A DNA stretch of 64,000 nt from Rhodosorus marinus CCMP1338 (Eukaryota; Plantae; Rhodophyta): the NCBI GenBank assembly GCA_029953675.1, contig JAMWBK010000003.1, positions 3,224,001 to 3,288,000 on the forward strand. Direction: 5' to 3'. Position numbers and translations under genes: made by a program. The number at the start of each line of letters is the position of its first letter. The first letter of the stretch is position 1. The notes beneath the pieces are model-generated. The model worked only from the letters and a program-made list of their open reading frames with translations. It was not told the DNA's origin and made no database searches. Positions 12,801 to 24,622 of this stretch are shown in pieces.

Positions 12801-13247
12801 CCGCTTTCTATGCTTCGTCCTTCAGAGGAGAAGTCGTTACATATCCTGGAGTTTTGGACGCAAAAGTATTCGAGAATGAAAAGCAGCGAACCGATCAAAG
12901 CCAGAATTCATGCGCATTCTGCTGTGTTGTTCGCTATTCGGGTGGCAGAAGACGATAGCGTGACGCGCTATGTCGGCTCTGACTTTCACGTAACTAGTGG
13001 AATGGAAGTCGTGAACATGAGCTCATCGTCGACGAAGCTTCAGCTCGAATTGAATGTGAAGCGGTCAACGAAGGATGCGCACGTCACCGTCTTCCTTCCG
13101 TTCGATCCACAACTAAGCGTGAAGACGTCGGGAAGCGCAAACGATCCGATCCGAAAAGCTGAGCGAGTGGGACCAGACCACAGGATCTGGAAGGTACCAG
13201 TTGGCTTGAAGGAAAAGGGTGGCACGTTGATCATCGAACAGGAGTAG
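9874..13247 (+). CDS. Alpha-galactosidase, GH36, second paralogue with an internal hydrophobic hairpin, 7 exons
   Basis: Exons 9874-11022, 11363-11596, 11704-11928, 12023-12183, 12266-12485, 12559-12748 and 12826-13247. The spliced product aligns with paralogue 1 across the junctions. Motifs AWQSWG, GWCSWY, LDDGY, YLKVDF, MRIGPDV and WWVNDPDC. Confidence 0.93.
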
Positions 13248-13328
13248 CAGGAACTCCTGATTATTATCTCTTTTAATTGAACCCGTTTTTCAACGCTCAA
13301 ATCGTCCGGGTTTACCGTCTTCTTTTCG

Positions 13329-16300
13329 TTACAACCTGATCCCTTTGCGATGAAATGTTTTGAACATGTACTTAGCGATGGAGCCACTGATCCCACGAGC
13401 GTTTCTGCTCAGGTCATACTCGGTTGCGTTCAAAATGGCCCGTACATTTTTAAACGATAGACACAGTGAGACCGCAGCTGGCCATGACAGCCTTGGCATC
13501 GCCTCAAAAAAGGATACAGCGCGCGCTGTTCTCTCTATAGCTTCCTTTGGAGGCAGCCAGTTCAAATCTTCCCCCAACCTTCCTTCCTCCGCGGCGATGT
13601 CGTGAATAACCTTGGGGACATCTTCTGCGCCTGAGATAGTGACTATGTGGACTTCACCGTGCGATACTCGAGAACGAGCAACGGAGACTAAGACCCTGTG
13701 GACTAGTGGCGACCTTCCGAAACGCGTTGGCGGCCCCTTTTTGTTTTTGTAGAATTTTTGTGGGAATGAATGGGTAAAGCACAAAGAGAAAAGTAGACAT
13801 TGGACCCGAGGATAAGCACTACTTTAGCGAGGAACCAGTAGCCACAGAAACCAACTTGGAAGTTGCGAACAACTCACCTGCAGAACCAGAAAAACGTTCT
13901 CATATTTTTGCCGTAGTCGTGCTATCGATGCCAGTAGTGCGCCAACTGTGTCTTCCGATTTCGCGAGGTCCAGCAACGTCCGCTTTATGATGCAAGTGCG
14001 GGTCCCAACGATGAAGTCTTCGTCGAAGAGTTTCCAGATTATCCATCTGCTGTTCGGTTTCCGACCGGTCAACTCCCTCACTGCCCCTGTATTGACCAAC
14101 CTAGAGGATATGACTACAGCTACGTTACGATCTCCATCACCGCGAAGAAGCTCTTTGGACTTGCTAGGTCTCCACAAACTGTTCAGAGTTCCATGTTCCT
14201 TGGTATCCATCAACAATTCCCGGCAAAGTGCGCGTTTTTCTTCAAGCATTGACTTGAAAGCCTGTGAACCTGCCTCGCCATGCGCAGAAGCCGTTTGTGC
14301 TGGAGTAGGCGCGCGATCGCCAGTCACGTGTTGAACTGGGATAACTTGGCAATCCAACGCTTCCTGAGCCTGACGTTCCGAAGAGTTGATCCACTCCAGC
14401 TTCACCTCGCCGCACGTCGCCAGCGGTTCAGCGACGGTCGCACTGTTTTCGGCCCCGAGGTTGTCGGAAGAGGACTGCGAGGGCAGCACCCTGACGAGCT
14501 TTCTCCGTTTTTTACCTGTTCGGGGACGCCCGTCATCCGACCCAGTCCCTTCAGCGTGCGAACGCTGTTGGTTCTCGATGCGTTGAGCAAGCTCCTCCAC
14601 TTTGTTTTTGAGCAAGCCGTTTCCTCGTGTGGACCCCTCTCTTCCACCTCGTGGAAGGAACTGGTCACACTGCGTAAGCAGAGAACGACGATAAAGCTTA
14701 GAAGGAGTCTCAGCTGCTGGCGATCTCGGTGTCGAACCCATAAGGTCTTGAGAGTCTGCGGATTCGCGAACGATGAACCCGTCGAGAGAGGTCGTATATT
14801 CTTCTTGATCTTCTTCTTCATCTCCTGATGCCTCGGCCTCGAACTCAACTAGGGCAGTCTTTCGAGACCCATGCTTCCTGTAAACACAGTCAATACGAAG
14901 CAAAAGGAAGTTGGTTTCATCAGACACTTTACGGGGACCGAGGCTAAAGCAACCGACTCCCACCTGCGGCGCTGCAGCCGTGATGCCGAGCTTTGACAAG
15001 AACCACTGCCCTCACACGCTGCAGGTGGGTGCATTCCATCACATCGCCTCCGCCGTTCACGTGTTCGCATATCCGGTTGACTTCCGCATTGGTTTTCTGA
15101 GCTGTGCGGCAATAGTTCGACATCGTTGTCCACCTGAAACCAGTTTTTGTGGTAGGACTCCATTTTTCAGGTCGAATAAAACAACGATCGCGTACCCACG
15201 TTTGATTCAGAACGGGGTGCAGCAAACTCGAAACTTACGGAAACTGTGACGCCATCAGAACCGCGCTGGGCAACTTGGTGCGGGCCGGCGGAAAGGCTCT
15301 CCTCTGGGTAGCTATACGTGGCTCTTTCGACGGGGACATCCTTTGTCGGAGTCAACTTGCTGTCTTCGAAAAGATCATCAGAACTAGACGCCCGTGAATG
15401 CAAAGACTTCTGAGGATCACGCATGGCCTGGTCGTTCGTTTCATGGAAGTCTTGCTCTGCAGAATCTTGCTGACTAGAAGAAAATTTCCGGTCGTCGACA
15501 AACTCATCAGGATCCAAAACAAGTGAATCAGGGGTCTCAGAGGATTCCGTTTTCCTGCCCTTCGCATGTCCTCCCTCAACCTTCCCGTGTTTCTTCAAGC
15601 CTGCATTGGTAGTCACTATTATGTCGAATTAACCCGGCACAAGATGGCCCCTCATTTCAGTTCGTCCAGAACCGTTGATCATCTAATCGTTTCCAGTCCG
15701 ACGATTACTTACCAGTGACGACAACCCTGTCAGAGCTGGACTGAGTCAAGTCTGGAAAGACATCTTCAGAGTGTTCTGGGTTCAAACCTGCTGGTCCGGG
15801 CTCAAGCTGTGTGTGGTACTTATGGCCACGATCCCGTGAACAACTGCCCACGGAGGGAATGTCGTTCTCGATGGATTGAGTCCCGCGGAGTTCTACATCA
15901 TCAATCTTGTCCATGAGTGATACTAGTAGACCCGAAGTCGATGAGTGCCTGAGAAAGCCAAATGGAGAAGGTATTCGAGCACTCGCGGGGAACATACGCG
16001 CAGATTCTTCAAGTATAACTGAGAGTTTTCGAGTTTTTGACATTCGAGCAGGATCACCGAGGCCTAGTCTCTCCAGAACAGCATCCACGTTCTGTCGGGC
16101 CAGTTCGACCTAGTGGACAACATCAATGGAGCTTCGTCGGATTAGCCATACCTGACGGGGCGATTGCCTTGTGTGGGGGGGGGGAGGGAGTGCATAATTT
16201 TTGGAGAGCACCTAGCCCCTTGTGGAACTCACCGGCTTCTGCGCTGGTTGGTTGAATTGTATATTAGTTATTGTTAATTTGGCTTTGTTACATTTCACTT

Positions 16301-19185
16301 CTCCAATGTCCGGAGGAAGCATCCTTGCAGACTTCCTGTACATTTCAAACTTCTGCTGCCGAAGATTCTTCTTGATTAATCTAGACCCTTGATTTCCCGA
16401 GTGGAACTTGGCTACCTCGGACCCTTCCGTTAGTAAGATGACTACCTTTCCGTCCCGACGCCGCCCAGTTCGCCCCATTCTCTGAACCATACGGACCGGA
16501 GACTTTGATGCATCATACATGATGATGAGGTCCACCTCTCCTATGTCGAGCCCTTCGCAGAACAGCGTACAATTTTCAATTCGCACCGAACATCTGTGGT
16601 TTAAAACACGTGGGCCTACCTTCCTCGCCGATTGACGTTGAAATCAATGTGTTAAATATGCCTTCACGAAACTGACTGAGGACATGGTTTTGCAGTTTTT
16701 GATTCATTCCCTTTGCAGCAACGGGTACATGATCTCCCGTCCTCTCCTGCTTGGACAAAGCAGACTTTGCGCTTTGACCAACAAAGGACACAACGCGAAC
16801 GTTGGGCTCGAAGTGCTTCAAAGTTTGCTCAATTTCAGCTACACTCTCCCTATACTCGACGAAAATTATTACTCGAGATGCACGAGCGGCCTCCTCTGAA
16901 TGGAAATGTTCTCGAATGCAGTCCCCGCAAACTTTCTGTTTCGGGTGACTTTTCTGCGTAGCAAAAGAACAGCGCCCGCCACGGCCGATGGGAGATCGCT
17001 TCAGAAAACGCTCCGACAGAACAACATGGTCAGTTGCTTACCCCTTCGCGAACCAGAGAATCCACCTTTGCGCTGAGGTTCCTAAACGCGGGGGAATTTA
17101 CAAGTTCCTGCTTCGATCTAGACCTTTTCTCAGTCGCCTCAAAGGTCTGCTGCTCCAAGAACTTGGAGAAGATGTGAAGACCTGGAGACGATTTCAGTTT
17201 AGCCCAGATATCCGTGAATCGCAGTCTTGAACAGTGTGAACCCTTGTACTCCGCTGCCTACCATGTGAGTACAGAATCCCGATTCCGTATGTCAAGGAAA
17301 TGCACTGGGCGAAAACCATCTCGATCCTATTCCGCTCCGACGGATGGATTGATAGCGCTCGGCCCCTCCACTTGTCGCGCGCCGCGAGCAATGAAAACGG
17401 TGCGATGCTAGTTCAAAGCGGTAGCGAGTACATGTGACGAAGGGAAGACGGCCAGCTGTAAGTTTCCGCGCGCAGTCAGGTTGCTTAAAGTTCGTAGTGC
17501 AACCCCCGCGCAGAGCTAGGCCGCCACGACAATGCTGCATACTTGTAGAAATCAGTAGGCATGTACATAGCCTTTTCACGAGTTAAGCGTGATACGCGCA
17601 TGCGTAGGATATCAACCGCGTCCTCTCGAGCTTCAAGTAAGTCGTCTGTCAGTTTCACGGTGATGGTTTCTAAGGTTTTCCTGTTCGTGTACTTGCGAAC
17701 ATCCTATGGAAGGGATGTTCGCAAGTACAGCATTCAAAACTATTCGTAAAGAGCGAAACTGCGTGGCGATATGTCCGAACAACCTACCTCGTCGTCTTCG
17801 TCTCGAAACTCCAGCTTGGAGCACCTTACGTTGTTGATCACCTCCTGGATTACTTGCAAATTGCTCCCTGGCGTTGCAGTGAGACAAAGTGTGCGGCACC
17901 GGAGCTTTGTAGCCGCCATGACTTTGGACACTACTTCACAATACGCATAGTTTCCGGTAGCTCTGTGAGCCTCGTCTAGGACAATCAGGACTACCTAATC
18001 ACGTGTGTTTCAATGATCAGCTCCTTACGTGAACTATGTTCACAACTCGCTGGGGCAAGTGCTGAGGGACCTGTCCGAACCTGGTCCGCTGGGCAGTCTC
18101 CACGCAGGAGGTCGTTTGTCACCACCTGTGGCGTTAGGAAGAAAACTCTTCTCTTTCTCCACAGTGCTTTTCTCTTCTTCTGGTTGGTTGCACCGGTCAT
18201 TTCAATTGTCTGATCACTGGGCAATCCTGTAATATCGTAGCACGCTTGAATCTGCTGACGCACAAGAGGCTTTGTTGGGGCGACGAACACAATCTGGTCC
18301 AGCACACAAGAATCAACGGGCAGCGTTAGCTATTTGACTTCGAAGATTATGCCAACCGGAACCCCGCCTACCTTGCCCGTTGGAAACCACCTCCAGTAAT
18401 TGTACATAACTACAGCCGCAACAAACGTCTTCCCCAGACCGGTAGGCAGACAAACCATCGTGTTTGTTACGAGGCAGGACTTGACCATATCGAACTGATA
18501 GTCGCGCTGGGGTAAGTTGGACGGGTATACCCACGTCTGTAGCAATGTCCTCTCCGCAACCTCTGTCATGAATATGCCATCAGATACCACCTCTTTTGGC
18601 CATTCAAGGCTCGTTGTTCCAACAGTCTTATTCCTATTTGAGCTTAAGCCTTTCGGGTCGAAGTAGCTGGAGATATTTGACTGTTGTAGGCCGCTACTTC
18701 TACGAGCCTGCTGGACGCATGGCATAGAAGAGTGATTTAGAACTAATCTAGTTGGATTTTGTGAAACCCACAGAACACCTGGGACGTACGGAGTTATCCT
18801 GCTTATCACCCCGTATGACCTCTCTAATAGAGCCCCGGGACTCTTCCAGTTTGTCCACGGCGGCGAGCAGCAGTTCATCCTCAAGAAGATCATCGTCAAT
18901 AGGGCTGTCCTGGGACCCTCCTCTGGCTTGTTCCCGTAAGCAATCATTCGGAGCTTCAGAGGCCGTCAACGTTTCCTCCACTTCCTTGCTACTGGAAGCC
19001 TTGGATCGATCCTCAGCCAATGGCTTGCCCTTTGCTTCCAAGTACTCCCTTTCGATCCTTTCCAGTTCCTCCAGATCGAACTCATCCTATCAACTCACGA
19101 GGCAGCAAGTGTCAGATACAAATCTTTATCCCATATACAAGCTACGGAGCAGAGGAAAATCCCCAGCACTACTAACCTCTTCCAT
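13329..19185 (-). CDS. FANCM: FANCM/Hef-family DEAH helicase with a C-terminal ERCC4-like domain and HhH, multi-exon
   Basis: [71 protein letters not shown] and [15 protein letters not shown]. An acidic motif [13 protein letters not shown]...SLDGFI follows, then the ERCC4-like [19 protein letters not shown] and the HhH-like [12 protein letters not shown].....GI. The start is inferred from a 9-nt first exon (MEE, 19185-19177). The central exons are not fully resolved. Confidence 0.92.
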
Positions 19186-20126
19186 CTTCCTGCGTAACCC
19201 ATAGATGTGGAGCGAGGGGCCCCACATCCGTTGTCCTACCTGACCACCTCCACCATATTCAAGGATGGTACCTCCCAAAGAAACTCGGGAAGCAAGAGGA
19301 AGTTCTACGAACAACGCTTAAAACGCTTTGGTTATATCAGTGCTACTCGTTAAAGGAGATTCCTCCCTCCCTCTTCGCTCCTTCTTACTACACTCGGTGC
19401 CAGTATGTGCTAGCTAGCGTCAGCAACACATCCACTGCCGCTTCCCAACATAGTCCCCGATTTTGAAAATTACATATAAATCGGGACTCACTGAAGGAGA
19501 TTGGAAACCGGATTGAGGAAGGGAGCGAGTCAAAAATGCCAATAATGAATCAGCTGCGATGGCTTTTGCCCATAGAAAAAGGGTTTTCGTTGTATGCGAA
19601 ATTTCTACTTGTTTTCACAACGTGGTAGCAAAACCTTAATTCCTAGTAGGTGCAAGATAGTTGTCCGCTAAGATTGGCGGTTTCCTTCTTGTACTTATTA
19701 GTCAATAATGATTGAAATCTTGGTACGGATGTGCTTGATCGCGTGTGAACAAACAAACATCAAGGACGCGGTGGTGGTCCTACAGTTCTTGCAAGCCGAA
19801 ATTAGTACCTCTTATAGGATCACTGAGAAGGCTCCAGTTCGTGCGTGAATCCGGTCCGGTGTAAACAAGATGCGAGGATCCTGCCCGAGACAGTGTTTCG
19901 TGGCTTAGCTCGGCGACGCGAGTTGGAACCCAAACCCCGGACATCACTGTAGTTCTTGCTTGTCGACGCGCGGTTGAGTGCAAGCGACCTTCACGATCTC
20001 CTTCATCGCTGTTGGGCCGTGAATTGTCCACGCCAAACAGTAGCCTTTCCCATGCAACCGTCTATTGTTTCCTGCGGGTTTCTCCGCAAGATGTGGTAGC
20101 ACCCGGGACAAGGCATTTCGAGGATC

Positions 20127-21027
20127 ATGGAATTGAACAGACGAACTTACCAGTGCTTCAGGACACGCGAGGGTAGAGACGTCCTTTTCGGTCGGCGAGT
20201 CACAAATAATGGGATGTGGCAGCAGGCGCCATGGAGTGAATCGTTCGTGAACATTCTCGGTGATTCGCATCCACGCCCAAAGTATCAGTCCAGGATGAAG
20301 ATGCTGTGGGATGAGGAAGGACTTTATGTCGCGTCGAAGATGGAGGACCCAGAACTGTATGCCACTCAGACTCAACGGAACTCATTCATATGGCAATTTG
20401 ATCCTGACTTCGAGGTTGATGATATCCACCCCAGCTCTAGCTGTCTGTGACAAGCAGCCTAACATTCTCTCCAATTCGGATAGGTGTTCCTGAAACCTTC
20501 CAGGGTTGCGGCAAACTACTATGAATTTGAAGTCAACTGTAGAAATACAGTTTTTGAACTCACCTTGTCGAAACCTTACGCCGAAGGAGGAGTTGCTACT
20601 CATGGGACAAACTTGCCCTCTCTTCGTAGCGAAGTTCACATTGACGGCGACCTGGAGAACCAGCCTCGGGGATGGGAGCTGATTGTGTTCTTTCCTTTTC
20701 GTGATTTGTTCAACCTACTCGAACACGACAAGACAACTAGCTGGCCCAGGGCTTCCCAGGTCTGGCAGATGAACGCATCGCGCGTGCACTGGAGGACTGT
20801 CAAAGATCCAGTCACATCCAAAAGCATTCGGGACCCTTCCTACAGAAATTGGGGTGAGCACCATGCACACAGGCTCTCGGACAATAGTGCAGCGGTCCCT
20901 AACACCTTAAGGTCATCGCTCTACAGGAGACGAGTATAATTGGGTCTGGAGTCCCCACGGAGAAATTAACATGCATCTACCAGATCGTTGGGGAAATCTC
21001 GTTTTTAAAGATCTTCTGATGCCATAG
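20127..21027 (+). CDS. Stand-alone carbohydrate-binding family 9-like (DOMON-like) protein, 3 exons
   Basis: Exons 20127-20414, 20484-20853 and 20927-21027. Motifs WQQAPWS..F..I.G, KMLWDEEGLYV, YYEFEVN..NTVFEL.L.KPY..GG, W.MN.SRV.W and NWVWSPHGEINMHLPDRWG are typical of bacterial CBM9-like proteins. Confidence 0.85.
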
Positions 21028-21383
21028 GAAAGCATGCGCAGCTTCCCATTTACACGGACAACCCCAAAGTATTCACAGCTACCCTCGTAGCAAGGTCGCT
21101 CGTTGATCTAAGTACCTAGGGAATTTAATCTAGAGTACGCAAAGTTGTAATTTATCAAAAAAACATATTTGGACGTATTTCGATCCATTTCTTACGCTTA
21201 GATTTAGAGACAACATTTTAATGAGAGTGCCTTGTGGCACAACTTGTGGTGGCGCAAAATGGTCGTGGCGAAGGTAAAAGGTCAGAGGCAGGGGAGGAGC
21301 TATGGGGTGTCCTGCAGGTTTGACAGAGGGTGGAATAACTTGACGTCTCATCCTTGCTATCTATCTAAGATCTTTGATGCAGA

Positions 21384-23423
21384 ATGTATTTCAGAAGCTT
21401 GTCAACGAGATCTAGCCTGTGGGTTCGTCTACGCTGGTCTTCTGATGGCCGATTCGGAGCGAAAAGAAAACGATATTTGAGTGTGGAAGTAGTCAGGAAT
21501 CCCCCGGAGATCTCTAGAAGTCAGGGAAGGCCTGGAGAATCGTTACAGCGTTCTACGGGGGCTTCTAACCTGTCACAGGAAAGAGTAACGCTGAGGCATG
21601 ACGACCCCAAGCCGACGAAAGTCGAAGTTGATCGAAGAATTATTTTAGGTATTGGTTCTGGGCTTATGTTTGGGATTGCAGCCTATTTGGTGGACAGGAT
21701 AATGTACTGGAGATATGGAGAGAGTTTTCTGGTTAGAAAGGAGGATGCAGAAAGAGTGATCTTGAATACTCATTGGAAGACAGATGGAGCGGTTATCAGC
21801 CCGAAGCAAATGCACGTTCCGGAGGATGAAGAGGACGTTGTGGACATGGTCCGCGCCGCAAACTCGCAGCGAATCAAAATCAGGCCTATTGGAGCTGCAC
21901 TTAGTCCGAATTTTTGCGCCATGCCCAGCCAGGGTGCCGCTAACCTTCGAAAACTCGACAAAGTCCTCGAAATCAATAACAATCAGGTATGAATTGTCCA
22001 TACGAGCTGGACCTTGTCAGTCAGCTCTCAGCAATGCTAACCAGCGACTATGATACAAACTCGATTGCTTTCGATTGCCGTTCTGTACTAGGTAATTGTG
22101 CAGGCGGGTGCGTCGCTTAAGCGGCTGCAGGACGAGCTACACAAACATGGACTGACATTGAGAACCATACCCTCTCACGAATCTGCGACAGTCGGTGGGG
22201 TGATTTCTACCGGATCACACGGAACTACCCCCAAAGTTGGTCCGATTGACGAAGAGGTTTTGGGAATGACTCTCGTCACAAGCGCCCTTGGAGCCATGCG
22301 CTTGTCCATCACTGAGAAGGAGGATCTGTTCCGCTTGTCTAGAGTATCCCTTGGAATGCTGGGTATTATCACCGAGGTTACACTGAGGTGCTACCCGCGG
22401 CGGAAACACGAGGAAAGCGTGATCATTGCCAGCCGCGATTCTCTGAAGAAGAACCATGAGAAGTGGCTGGCAAATAGCGATAGTCTAAAATATTTGTGGT
22501 ATGAGGGAAGTGAGGACGTTGTTGTCATTCGGCAAAAGCAAGTATCGGATTCTAAAAGGCACTGGATTTCTGATAATGAGAAACAAGCACTACAGCCGCT
22601 TCGAAATTTATTGGGAATGACGGAAGAAGACGAAGCTGAGCCTACTTTTTCGGAATTGAGAAATGCTCTTATTTCTTTCGGCAACCGACGAAATGAGGAG
22701 TTCCAAAAAGCCCTTATCAGTGCTCAAATTGCGTACTGGAAATTCAAGGAGGGACTAAGCCGACGAGGTTGGTCCGATGAGCTTATGAAAGTAGAAGACG
22801 GAGGGGCGGAGCTTGTTTCCGATTTTTGCGTTCCAGTCCGTCGTGTCGACGGATCGGTGGGGGCGGATTTGGATTTCATGTTTGAATTCCTGCAGTATGC
22901 TCATGACAACAATCATGTGTATGATTCACCCATCGAGCAGACCTGGTCGCGAGCTTCCTCGAGCGCTCTAAGCCCGGCGTGTGACGTCGACGAAGAGGCA
23001 CTTTTCTCCTGGGTGCGTGTGGGAACCGTTGCTTCTGCGTCCAGTGCGGAAGGAGACCTACAGAAAGGAATTCACAGGCGGTTGATCAAAGAAACCGCAA
23101 CTCTTCGAGAGCAACACAGGGTCTTGGAAAGCCTGTCCACAGTGACAAGCGAGATTGCAACTAGATATGACGCTCTTGATCTTTTTAAGGTTACCCGTCA
23201 TCGGTTGGATGCCTACCGCATATTCCTAGCGGATGAACTCGAAAAATTGTTGATGTACAGAAAAACTGAGGATCTGGGCAAGGACGTCACCAAGTACGCT
23301 CGACAGACAACGGGGATGGCTCAGATGATGCTTGGTACAACGCAACCGGAACAAGCCCTGCAAAAACATAGGGCATACCGCAAGAAAGTAGAGGAGTCCG
23401 AGGGTGCCAAAGAGGCGGAGTAG
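21384..23423 (+). CDS. GLDH: L-galactono-1,4-lactone dehydrogenase homologue (FAD-linked, likely mitochondrial), apparently with a degenerate active site
   Basis: Exons 21384-21986 and 22092-23423. Arg/Ser-rich presequence and one TM helix, then IRPIGAALSPN, VIVQAG, GGVISTGSHGT...PIDEEV, SLGMLGIITEVTL, GWSDE, PIEQTW and FSWV, all collinear with plant GLDH. Confidence 0.85.
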
Positions 23424-23597
23424 AAAGTGCTCATGGAAAAGCTGGGGTAACAGGCGGAGTGTGTAGGCTCAACAGGAGAACGAGGAGTTTTACTAATCTC
23501 GATCGTACTACAGATACTGTGATTGCTTGTCATACCACTCTGAGCTATATAACGAGTACAAAAGTATCCCAGCTACCTTTCTTGTTCCGTGCGCCAG

Positions 23598-24622
23598 TCA
23601 CTGATTCCAATATTCGTACGACCTGTACCCGAACGATTGTCCGCTATCATCCGGATTTGCGAGTCCCGTTGTTGAGCCCTCCTCAGTGGGCTTTTGTGCC
23701 GGTGCACCGGACGCTCTTTGCCTTTGTACATAATCCGGCAAACCAAAGATTAGATTTTCAAACATGAGATAAAGAAATGTGAGGAAATAACAAGGAGGCT
23801 CGTACTTTTTGAGCAGCGCGTTTCGCTCCTCCTGCATGGCGAGCTGAAAGTCTTTCATTGAAGACTTTTTTTCCGTGGATGATTGGGAACCAGAACTGGG
23901 CGAGCCGCTCCCATTAGCGAGAGCTCCAACGGTGGTCTCCTGGATTCAGGGTTACGTGGAAGCATTCAAACGTCAGAAGCGACAATGAGTCAATGACGAT
24001 CATACGTGCGAAGCATCCGAAGCATTTTGAGGATATCCAACTCCTACGATTACTGCGCTCGGGCTAGCAATGCGTCGCGGAACCGCATCTGAAGAACCTT
24101 ACCTCGAAGGCGAAAGGAACATATTGTTGCCTCCCAGGCGCGAATGACGACGGGTTTGGGGCTACATAGGTAGTCGATCCAAATGCTGGGGGCGGCAATG
24201 GTGAGGCCATTGCGTTACCACGAGGATCAACTGCTGTCTCGACTTCAACCGTCTCGACTGTGTCCACGACTCGCTGAATTGCCTGAATTTTCAAACCATC
24301 AGAACATAGTCTGAGTTCCTTAGTAAGAAAAGTTTTGTGCACAAGGAGCTCTACTTACCACTACCTTCGGGTCCGCCCGCTTTGCTATTTTTCCCGCTGG
24401 CTCTGCCTTTGGCAAATCAACTCCCGGAGCACCTGGGAGAGCCAGCTCTGGCTCCTCAACCAATTCGTACTCATCTTCGTCAGGACCTACTATCGAGTCG
24501 TCAGCGGTAACTATAGCCCCGCCTTTTCTAACACTCTTCACAGCAACCCGTGCCCTCCGAGAGCACACTCTGACTCCCTCAGTCGCGCCCGGCCCGAGGG
24601 AGACATTCGGAATAAAAGCCAT
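23598..24622 (-). CDS. Probable plastid-targeted protein of unknown function
   Basis: The N-terminus MAFIPNVSLG...RVCSRRARVAVKSVR resembles a red-algal transit peptide. Intron 24364-24283 joins exons 1 and 2 in frame. The 3' exon structure is ambiguous. Confidence 0.55.
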
